From: Sulfurimonas sp. SAG-AH-194-L11 | GTDB lineage: Bacteria > Campylobacterota > Campylobacteria > Campylobacterales > Sulfurimonadaceae | NCBI GenBank assembly: GCA_029215995.1 | Contig: JAEMVB010000005.1 | Location: forward strand, 31,393 to 95,392 | DNA: 64,000 nucleotides | Reading direction: 5' to 3' | Shown: positions 21,713 through 29,322 of the stretch, in pieces | Layout of the letters: the number at the start of each line of letters is the position of its first letter | Position numbering within the stretch: the first letter of the stretch is position 1 | The notes under the pieces: model-generated | Told to the model about the DNA's origin: nothing | Seen by the model: only the letters and a program-made list of their open reading frames with translations | The model's database searches: none | Program-made: the position numbers and the translations under genes

Positions 21713-22644
21713 TATTTATCTCCTGTAAATGGATATATTTCAAAACCTTTTATCGCTAGATTTGAAAAGTTTTCAAAATATATCTCTTTGTCCTCAGTAA
21801 TAGCAACTATTGCCAGCTCAAACTTTTTAGCAATAGCTGCTAACTCACTCTTTTTTGCATTAAACGCGATGGTTGATACACCATCAAGAAGTGTAGCATC
21901 CACCCCATTTTTTATAAGTGTAATGCTACTGTAGTAGTGGTTCTGCTTTGCTGTTGTTCTATCGAGTATGTGGTGGTGCTCTTTTGATCCGATATAGCGT
22001 TCATAATCACCACTTGTTGAGATAGATATCGCCTCTTTACTACTCTTGATTATGGCACAGTTTCCCTCACCAAAAGGGTTTTTAAGTGCAACGATGTACT
22101 CTTTACCAAATGTAACTATCTCTCCACCTGCACTGACTAAGCCTTTTGTTGCACCTCTATCTTGTAAAAATCTTATAAGCTTATCTGCTATAAAACCTTT
22201 CCCTATACCACCTAAATCAAGTTGCATACCTTTTTTCTTCAGATATACATCTTTTTGTGTCACCATAAAATCTTTATAATTCACAAGTTCTTTTGCTTTT
22301 TGTAACTCTTTACTACTAGGAAGATGTGCATGTTTGGTTCCAAAACCATAAGTGCCTTGCGTCAAAGCACCAATAGTAGGGTCAAAAACACCATCTGACT
22401 CCTGTGCAATTGCATATGCTTTTTGAAATATTTCTATCTCTTGAGCTCTGCAAGATACAGGATTTTTTCCAGCAGAAGCATTAATCCTCGCTACTAAAGA
22501 ATCATCTTTGTAGGCTGAATATGTAGCTTCAAACTCTTTTGCAATACTTAAGGCCTCAAAAAGAATTTTTTTAGATAGATTTGCTTCAATGATGAGCTCA
22601 GTACTCATCACCTTAGCTTTTAATCCATGCTCAAAAAAAGACAT
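21712..22644 (-). CDS. apbE: FAD:protein FMN transferase ApbE
   Basis: FDPTIG, DLGGIGKG, STSGDYERY, HHILD motifs. Confidence 0.93.
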   Translation of the reverse strand: MSFFEHGLKAKVMSTELIIEANLSKKILFEALSIAKEFEATYSAYKDDSLVARINASAGKNPVSCRAQEIEIFQKAYAIAQESDGVFDPTIGALTQGTYGFGTKHAHLPSSKELQKAKELVNYKDFMVTQKDVYLKKKGMQLDLGGIGKGFIADKLIRFLQDRGATKGLVSAGGEIVTFGKEYIVALKNPFGEGNCAIIKSSKEAISISTSGDYERYIGSKEHHHILDRTTAKQNHYYSSITLIKNGVDATLLDGVSTIAFNAKKSELAAIAKKFELAIVAITEDKEIYFENFSNLAIKGFEIYPFTGDK

Positions 22645-22646
22645 CT

Positions 22647-23765
22647 CTAGTACTCAAACTCATATGTTAGTGTTGTAAAAATGGACTGTAACTTATCCAC
22701 TCCATACCAAACTTTGATAAAGTTGTTGTTAGTAGTCTCATAGTAATCTATACTTGCAGTGAGTTTATCACCACCTTTCATTCTGTGTATAAAAGGTATA
22801 CCTATAGTATATGAATCAAAGGCACTCATTCTATAGTCAGTTGCAAAGTAGCTATCTGTAGCACTATAGTTTCCTATCTCTTGAACAAAGCTTGATGCTG
22901 TCTGTGTGTAGTAACGCAGACGCACTCCCGATGTAAAAGAGCTTGAAAAATCATGTAATACTTCAACATTTAGAGTATGAGAGCTAATATCCCAGTCATC
23001 AAAATAGTATCTGTACGAAAAGTTCATCGCATTTGCACTATTTAAGAGATAGACTCCTTTAAGTGCCATGGCATGTCCTACCCGTGTATCTGGATAGTTT
23101 TCAAACTTCGCTATATTTTCTTGAAGTACATAATGATATGGTGAAGATAAGAATCCTTCACTATACATATATGAGTAGACTGCCTGCATAGAAAAACCAG
23201 GAGTAAAGAGTTGGTTAATAGAGAGGTCTATTTTTCTCTCATCTCTATTATCCTTTGGCAAGGCTCTATCAAATACAGGTTTCCATTTATCAGCTGACTG
23301 TGAAAACCCTATCCCTACTGCTGTATTTTGCTCATTTAACTGCTTCACATAGTTAAAAAAGAGTGCTTTTCCCTCGTAATCTATCTCTTGTGAATAGTAT
23401 GCTCCAAGTGTAAAACTATTGATGCCATCATCGTATGTCGCCATCGCTGTTGGTGCATAGCGTGTATCATCTGCTAAAGAGTCCTCTTTTTGTGAGGCAC
23501 CAGTTACGACATCTACATTACCTGCACTTGCACCATTTTGGATACTTGCTGCTGTTATGGCATCGATTCGCATTTTAAAGCCTATCATCCAGTGTGTTGA
23601 AACCCTCTTAAAAAGAGATAGTGTAGGAGAGTAAACTTGGACATCACCTGTATCACTGTATGTGTCAAAACCTATACTTGCACTATCTTTAAGGTTTGAA
23701 GCTAAAGAGCTTATCTCTAAAAGAAGAAGTGAAAATATCAGTGTAAAAAAATATTTTATCTGCAT
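22647..23765 (-). CDS. DUF3570-like outer membrane beta-barrel protein
   Basis: Signal peptide, DAITAAS/DVVTGAS, S.E.DY, GFLSSPY, YRYY.DDW.I.SHT, R.RYYTQ..S.F, DYR.S.F, aromatic C-terminus. Confidence 0.85.
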   Translation of the reverse strand: MQIKYFFTLIFSLLLLEISSLASNLKDSASIGFDTYSDTGDVQVYSPTLSLFKRVSTHWMIGFKMRIDAITAASIQNGASAGNVDVVTGASQKEDSLADDTRYAPTAMATYDDGINSFTLGAYYSQEIDYEGKALFFNYVKQLNEQNTAVGIGFSQSADKWKPVFDRALPKDNRDERKIDLSINQLFTPGFSMQAVYSYMYSEGFLSSPYHYVLQENIAKFENYPDTRVGHAMALKGVYLLNSANAMNFSYRYYFDDWDISSHTLNVEVLHDFSSSFTSGVRLRYYTQTASSFVQEIGNYSATDSYFATDYRMSAFDSYTIGIPFIHRMKGGDKLTASIDYYETTNNNFIKVWYGVDKLQSIFTTLTYEFEY

Positions 23766-23974
23766 CCGCATCCTCCTTGAAAAGAGCTCTCGCCACCTGC
23801 ACTTGCTTCACGAATAAGAAATATATGTCCCTCTTGTTCTGCTCGCTCTGCTATGGGAGAGAGACTCATCTTATCTTGTGCAAAGTACTCCTTCTCATAA
23901 GGCATAACAAGAACAAGAGACTCAGAACATCCACTTACTAAGAGAAGCACCACTAGTAAAAACAGTGTTTTCAT
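23756..23974 (-). CDS. DUF4266-like lipoprotein
   Basis: Lipobox VSGC, V.PYEK...A, REA..GG....GGCGC C-terminus. Confidence 0.85.
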   Translation of the reverse strand: MKTLFLLVVLLLVSGCSESLVLVMPYEKEYFAQDKMSLSPIAERAEQEGHIFLIREASAGGESSFQGGCGCR

Positions 23975-23975
23975 G

Positions 23976-24470
23976 TTATTCTCCTAGTAATTTATCTATC
24001 TTGTTTTTAAGCTGTGTCATACTACTTGCATCTATACTACCTATATATACTTCTCTAATTACACCAAACTTATCTACAAGAAATGAGCTTGGCATTCCTG
24101 GACATCTGTATGTTTTTGGAAGTATCTTATCTGCATCATAAAGAGAAGTGAGTCTCTTCTTTGGATCTACATCACTTAAAAAATCTTTTGCACTCTGTGC
24201 TTCATTATCTATACTTGATGTTACTAAGATAAAACCTTTGTCTGCATAAGCCTCTTGTAGTTCAACAAAAAGAGGCATCTCCTCTTTACACCCACTACAC
24301 CAACTAGCCCAAAGGTTTAGTAGTACTACTTTTCCTTTGAGTTCCTCAGAACTGAGACTTTGACTCTCTTCATAAAGTGCTGGAAGTGTAAATGTAACAG
24401 CATTATCACCTACTCTTGGAGCAGCATATACACTAAGTGTTAAAAGTAGTACTAAAATTATTTTTTTCAT
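23976..24470 (-). CDS. TlpA-family periplasmic thiol-disulfide reductase
   Basis: Signal peptide, GKVVLLNLWASWCSGC..E.P, cis-Pro loop GMPSS. Confidence 0.92.
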   Translation of the reverse strand: MKKIILVLLLTLSVYAAPRVGDNAVTFTLPALYEESQSLSSEELKGKVVLLNLWASWCSGCKEEMPLFVELQEAYADKGFILVTSSIDNEAQSAKDFLSDVDPKKRLTSLYDADKILPKTYRCPGMPSSFLVDKFGVIREVYIGSIDASSMTQLKNKIDKLLGE

Positions 24471-24480
24471 TTTATTATCC

Positions 24481-25068
24481 TTACTCGCATAAATTTGAAT
24501 TAATCTCTACATAGAGAGGTACTTGTGGTCCGCTGTTTGAGTGACAACGATTACATGCTAATCTATTTGCAAAATCTGCACCTTTATTAATGTCATAGTC
24601 CGCAGATGTAAAGTCATGATTACCACCTACTGCTAACTGTGTTCCATTTTTATCAGTAATCTGAACTGTGTATCTTCCTGCACTTAAAAGTCGTAACTCC
24701 CTTTGAAGTATAAAAATATTTCCTTTGGCATCATAACCTTTAGAGTTAGGATCAACATAATCTTTTGAACTATATGCAAGCACTCCATTAGCAGTATCTA
24801 AAAAGTTCACGACTAACTCTCCTCCACAGATGTTATTTAAATCATTTTGATCTGTAATATTTTGACTTTTATAGAGTGTTCCTCCATAAAGAAGGTGTTT
24901 ATCTGGATTTAAATCAACATTGTGACAAGCAAGGCAATCTCTACCTTGAAAGTGCCAGCCTTGAGCTGTTGTAGCGACTTGACTACCGTCCTCATCATCG
25001 CCACATCCACTCAAAAAAAGTAGAGAAGCGAGAAGAAAAGTCAGAGAAAATAATTTTCTTTTTTTCAT
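24481..25068 (-). CDS. Diheme c-type cytochrome lipoprotein
   Basis: Lipobox LSGC; CLACH (24922-24936) and CNRCH (24541-24555). Confidence 0.85.
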   Translation of the reverse strand: MKKRKLFSLTFLLASLLFLSGCGDDEDGSQVATTAQGWHFQGRDCLACHNVDLNPDKHLLYGGTLYKSQNITDQNDLNNICGGELVVNFLDTANGVLAYSSKDYVDPNSKGYDAKGNIFILQRELRLLSAGRYTVQITDKNGTQLAVGGNHDFTSADYDINKGADFANRLACNRCHSNSGPQVPLYVEINSNLCE

Positions 25069-25078
25069 TTTTTCATCC

Positions 25079-26770
25079 TTAGTTATCTAATGCACCTTCT
25101 GCTATCCAGTCACGGACTGTTATATACTCTGCTGATGTTGAAGTAAGAACTGTTCCTCCACCATGTCCAACTCCTGATGCTTTTTGAAGTAGTACTGAAG
25201 CTGTAGCATTCCCTGAATCTACAAATGGTGTAACCCCAGCATATGGTGTTATTGATGTAGTGATACTGAAGTTTCCACTAGCACCATGACAACTTTTACA
25301 GTTTGTGTCTAGTATTGGCAAAACATCATTTGTAAAAGAGAGTGCAACAACTGGTGTTGTTGTATTCGTGTCTGGCACAACTGTTGTTGTATTTGTGTCT
25401 GGTACCACTGGTGTTGTTGTGTTTGTGTCTGGAACCACTACTATTGTTGTATTCGTGTCTGGCACCACTGGTATTGTTGTATTCGTATCTGGAACAACTA
25501 CTGTTGTTGTATTTGTGTCTAGAACCACTGGTGTTGGTGCTGTATATTTAAAAGTTGTTATTCTTCCTGGTGCTCCACCTATTCCTGCTTGAGAGTGACA
25601 ACTATTACAATCTAGTCTAGTTGCATCATGAGAGTTGCTTGCTGAACTATTAACAACATTACCACTTCTATCAAGAACCTCTGCTGTATATTTTGTAGTC
25701 CCAAGTGCTTGAGTAAATGTTTTATTTACATTCCCTGTTCCATACCCAATGTTGTATGTTTCAGTTCCTGCACCATTCTCTAGTACTAAACGAAGAGTGT
25801 AACCACTAGCTGCTTTTGTCGTAGCATAATTTGCTGCATCAATAGTCGTAAAGATTGTAGCACCAGAATCAAACTGATTTTCATTTGCTTCATTTTCATT
25901 TCCTTCATTTTCATCACTACTGTAAGTAGTTAGAGTAGTCCCTACTGAGTGACAAGTAGCACAATTAGTCCCCTGATTATGAGTACTGTCCACACCGTCA
26001 TCATCATAATCCAAATCACCATACTCACTCTCATACTCAGTTTTAAGAGTATCTAAATAGTTTATATAATCATTATCTTCCTCATCTGTATGCTCACGTT
26101 CAATTTCTGCTTTGATGTCATCAATATCTGCATCGTCAACCTCATCTACATAAGCTGAAAGTTCTGTAATAAGATCTCGCTCTTCTTGTTCAAAATCATG
26201 ATTATCGTCATAACTTGCATATGCTTGTGTTATTGCAGTAGTATTAATATCTGTAACATTGTAGCTATGTAAGTCTAGGCGATTGTTCATTTTTGCATAC
26301 TTATATACTTCATTAGAAATCGCTTCTATCTCTTTAGATGTAGATGGGATTTTTGTGTAAAGCTCATCTACTGTAAGATTTAAACTATTCGCAAGTGTCT
26401 CTATCGCTGCTTTTGTTTGTGTATTTGTTGCAAGTGTTGTAACAATAGTAAGTGCACTACCCTGAGGAGTAGTTAAATTCATATCATTTACCACATCGCC
26501 AAGACTTACCGTACCATCTCTATCTATATCTATTACCCCACCTGTTGCAAGTATCGGGTATGATGGTGCTGATGTAAAGTTATACTTTCCAGCTCCTAAT
26601 TCCGTTGCTTTTTGTCCATTAGCATCAAGTACTTTAGCCCCTAAAATAGGACCACGTTCTACCGTTACTGTATTTAAAGCTGTTGTAGTTGTTCCGCTAT
26701 CTGTACTACCACCACAACCACTCATAATTGCAGCTACAACTGCTAAACTAATATATGAAATCTTCTTCAT
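25079..26770 (-). CDS. Triheme c-type cytochrome lipoprotein with acidic region and Thr/Val/Pro repeat linker
   Basis: Lipobox MSGC; CATCH, CNSCH, CKSCH; C-terminal domain resembles planctomycete cytochrome c (F..DV.PIL...C..CH...WI.EGA). Confidence 0.85.
   Translation of the reverse strand: MKKISYISLAVVAAIMSGCGGSTDSGTTTTALNTVTVERGPILGAKVLDANGQKATELGAGKYNFTSAPSYPILATGGVIDIDRDGTVSLGDVVNDMNLTTPQGSALTIVTTLATNTQTKAAIETLANSLNLTVDELYTKIPSTSKEIEAISNEVYKYAKMNNRLDLHSYNVTDINTTAITQAYASYDDNHDFEQEERDLITELSAYVDEVDDADIDDIKAEIEREHTDEEDNDYINYLDTLKTEYESEYGDLDYDDDGVDSTHNQGTNCATCHSVGTTLTTYSSDENEGNENEANENQFDSGATIFTTIDAANYATTKAASGYTLRLVLENGAGTETYNIGYGTGNVNKTFTQALGTTKYTAEVLDRSGNVVNSSASNSHDATRLDCNSCHSQAGIGGAPGRITTFKYTAPTPVVLDTNTTTVVVPDTNTTIPVVPDTNTTIVVVPDTNTTTPVVPDTNTTTVVPDTNTTTPVVALSFTNDVLPILDTNCKSCHGASGNFSITTSITPYAGVTPFVDSGNATASVLLQKASGVGHGGGTVLTSTSAEYITVRDWIAEGALDN
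25346..25537 (-). repeat. Six coding tandem repeats of about 30 bp, consensus (V/P)VVPDTNTT(T/I)
   Basis: Imperfect 27-30 bp units with synonymous variation, in frame within the cytochrome gene. Confidence 0.95.
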
Positions 26771-26817
26771 TATAAACCCCTTGTTAAGTTTGAATTATGT
26801 AATTGTGCAATATCTTT

Positions 26818-26836
26818 ATGAAGATTAAATGAAGAT
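26818..26836. promoter_or_regulatory. Tandem direct repeat, candidate OmpR/PhoB-type binding site
   Basis: ATGAAGAT-TAA-ATGAAGAT, 11-bp periodicity, 10 bp upstream of a CACAAT -10-like hexamer (26802-26807, minus strand). Confidence 0.5.
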
Positions 26837-26922
26837 AGTATAAAACCGATAATTTTCTTTTGAAGAGAAATATTAATAATCTTTCGTTAGAATTACACCA
26901 TTAAAAAAACAAGGATTTATAT

Positions 26923-27519
26923 ATGTTAGTAACAAATCAAGCTCCAGACTTTACAGCAACAACAGTTTTAGGTGACGGTTCAATCGTTGAAGACTTCAAA
27001 TTATCAGAAAACATGGGTGAAAAAGGTACAGTTTTATTTTTCTATCCACTAGACTTCACTTTTGTATGTCCATCTGAGCTTATCGCTTTTGATCACAGAC
27101 TTCAAGATTTTAAAGATCGTGGCGTTAATGTTATTGGTTGTTCAGTAGATTCTCAATTTTCTCACTTTGCATGGAGAGAAACTCCAATTAACAAAGGTGG
27201 TATTGGCCGTGTTGGTTACCCTCTTGTAGCTGACCTTACAAAACAAATTTCTAAAGATTACGATGTTCTTTTTGGTGAAGCAGTAGCTTTACGTGGTTCA
27301 TTTTTAATAGACGGTAAAGGTGTAGTTCGTCATGCAGTAGTAAATGATTTACCACTTGGTCGTAACATCGATGAGATGATTCGTATGGTAGACGCAATGC
27401 AATTTACTGATGAGCATGGTGAAGTATGTGCTGCTGGTTGGACAAAAGGTGACGAGGGTATGAAAGCTACAACTGATGGTGTTGCTGAGTATCTTGCTAA
27501 GCATGAGGGTGACCTGTAG
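26923..27519 (+). CDS. ahpC: 2-Cys peroxiredoxin (AhpC/Prx1 family)
   Basis: FYPLDFTFVCPSE, GGIG loop, resolving Cys in EVCAAGW. Confidence 0.93.
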   Translation: MLVTNQAPDFTATTVLGDGSIVEDFKLSENMGEKGTVLFFYPLDFTFVCPSELIAFDHRLQDFKDRGVNVIGCSVDSQFSHFAWRETPINKGGIGRVGYPLVADLTKQISKDYDVLFGEAVALRGSFLIDGKGVVRHAVVNDLPLGRNIDEMIRMVDAMQFTDEHGEVCAAGWTKGDEGMKATTDGVAEYLAKHEGDL

Positions 27520-27531
27520 CTTCTGGCACTA

Positions 27532-27636
27532 CACCCCAAGAGTACTTCCTCGGCTTTGCCTCACAGCGAATGTCGACACCCCCGTCGCTAAAGCGTAAGT
27601 GGGGTGCCTAGCACTATGTGCTAGGGATACACTCCC
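27532..27636. repeat. GC-rich multi-hairpin extragenic element (REP-like)
   Basis: CACCCCA/TGGGGTG arms, internal GGC-TTT-GCC, and CCTAGCAC-TAT-GTGCTAGG hairpin. Confidence 0.55.
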
Positions 27637-27646
27637 TTTATATTTC

Positions 27647-27669
27647 AAGCAGTGAGTTCTTCACTGCTT
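27647..27669 (+). terminator. Intrinsic terminator after ahpC
   Basis: AAGCAGTGA-GTTCT-TCACTGCTT followed by T-rich tract. Confidence 0.75.
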
Positions 27670-27686
27670 TTCTCTCTTAAAAACTC

Positions 27687-27815
27687 TTATTTTTGTAAAT
27701 CTGCTTGTGCTTTATCGTTAGCTGCATTTGCTCTATCATAGTATGGCTCATCTATATGATGTGAACATCCACTCAAGGCTATCATGATAAATACTACTCC
27801 TATAAACCACTTCAT
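27687..27815 (-). CDS. Small lipoprotein, 42 aa (absent from ORF track)
   Basis: MKWFIGVVFIMIALSGCSHHIDEPYYDRANAANDKAQADLQK; lipobox LSGC; ATG directly follows upstream stop. Confidence 0.7.
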   Translation of the reverse strand: MKWFIGVVFIMIALSGCSHHIDEPYYDRANAANDKAQADLQK

Positions 27816-28385
27816 CTAAAAACTATACACATAACCTAAAGATGCGATATTACCTCTTGGCCCCTCAATCGTTGTAGCTTCATACTCCAAAGCTATTGCA
27901 TTTGTATGGTCTAGCTCATACTCAAAACCAACTGCATAAACTATTCCACTGTTAGTAGTATCAACACCTAAGTCACTTATCTTTTCAAACTCATACTCAT
28001 AACCACCTTTAATGAATACCTCTAACTCATGAGTAACATGGTGAATATATGCAACATCTAAAGAGCTTGTAGTAAATGAACCTTTTACAGTTCTTTGCTC
28101 TCCTGTGAGTTTTTTCTCTAAAACATCAGCTTCTACATAAGCAACATCTAGTTCTACAGAAAAGCCTGCACCTAGTTTATAACCTACATCTACACCTAAA
28201 CCTGCTCCACTAGAACCCTCAAGTGTTGCATCTGCTTCCTCAACTGAAGCACCAAATGAATAAATTGCTTTTGTAGCCACATAAAAGTTGTTTTCACTCT
28301 CATGTTCTTCTAAATGCATCTCTTTTGCATACACACTTGTAACTGCTAAACTACTTGTAATAAGTAGAGCTAATAACTTTTTCAT
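27816..28385 (-). CDS. Small 8-stranded outer membrane beta-barrel protein
   Basis: Signal peptide, amphipathic strands, terminal YVYSF. Confidence 0.85.
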   Translation of the reverse strand: MKKLLALLITSSLAVTSVYAKEMHLEEHESENNFYVATKAIYSFGASVEEADATLEGSSGAGLGVDVGYKLGAGFSVELDVAYVEADVLEKKLTGEQRTVKGSFTTSSLDVAYIHHVTHELEVFIKGGYEYEFEKISDLGVDTTNSGIVYAVGFEYELDHTNAIALEYEATTIEGPRGNIASLGYVYSF

Positions 28386-28431
28386 TCATATTCCTTATCT
28401 TTAGTATAATAATTCCAAATTTAATTATAGC

Positions 28432-29322
28432 TTATTTTCTTTTAAATCCTATTAACACCCCTGCAAATACAATCAACATAATGCCTAAAAAACTGAAGTA
28501 ATCAGGTAACCCATCACCTAAAAGAACTCCAAAAGCTATTGCAAAAGGGATATTCGTATAGCTGACAACACCTATAATGCTTAGATTAGAGCTACTATAT
28601 GCTTTGGTAAGTAGCCATTGCGACAGAGTAGCGACACTTGCCATAAGTATGATGAGTAGCCAAACTTTCAGACTCTGTGGGAATGAGAAGACTGGAAATA
28701 AAAAACTCAAATACTCAGGGGTTTGTACATACTGTGCCACTATAAAAAGTAAAAGAGGTAGGAGTGTTCCAACTCCTACAAAGGAGAGCATAATGATTCT
28801 CGTGTCATATATATCTTTTATCTTTTTAATCGTTGCATAGGCAGCAGCTGCAAAAAAACCACCAAGGAGACCTAAAAAATGCTCATACGATATATCAAGA
28901 CCAAAAGGCTTTGTAATAAAGACAACTCCTATAAAACCTACAAAAAGTGCAACTATACTGCGTTTACTTAAATGCTCTCCAAGTAAATAATAAGCAAGAA
29001 TAGTAACAAAAAGAGGGGATGTTTTGTTAAGGGTTATGGCTTCGCCTAAAGGAATAGTTGTAATGGTATAAAAAAACAAAATCATAGCGATAAAGCCTAA
29101 AAGACCTCGAATAAATAGAAGATGGATTTTACCACCACTTAGTACAGGTGGAGTATGTTTTAAAGCATACAAAATTAAAAACATTCCGATTAAGTTTCTC
29201 AAGAAGACTATCTCAAGAGCTGACATATCTTCGCTGAGTATCTTAGCCAAAGCACCGTTAAGTGCTGAGATAAGAGCAGCAAGAAGCATATATAAAATAC
29301 CTTTATCTACCGTTTTGAACAA
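28432..29322 (-). CDS. DMT/EamA family transporter
   Basis: About 10 TMs, EIVFLR, P.F...LA...LGE. Confidence 0.9.
   Translation of the reverse strand: MFKTVDKGILYMLLAALISALNGALAKILSEDMSALEIVFLRNLIGMFLILYALKHTPPVLSGGKIHLLFIRGLLGFIAMILFFYTITTIPLGEAITLNKTSPLFVTILAYYLLGEHLSKRSIVALFVGFIGVVFITKPFGLDISYEHFLGLLGGFFAAAAYATIKKIKDIYDTRIIMLSFVGVGTLLPLLLFIVAQYVQTPEYLSFLFPVFSFPQSLKVWLLIILMASVATLSQWLLTKAYSSSNLSIIGVVSYTNIPFAIAFGVLLGDGLPDYFSFLGIMLIVFAGVLIGFKRK

Noticed and set aside
25346-25537. ~30-bp repeats as a CRISPR array
   Set aside because: Units are contiguous with no unique spacers, vary at synonymous positions and lie in frame in a gene; no cas genes
26840-26922. PerR/Fur box upstream of ahpC
   Set aside because: AT-rich, but no convincing 7-1-7 palindrome could be identified by eye
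19964-27519. Selenocysteine read-through in the thiol proteins
   Set aside because: All catalytic positions are ordinary Cys codons and no in-frame TGA interrupts these ORFs
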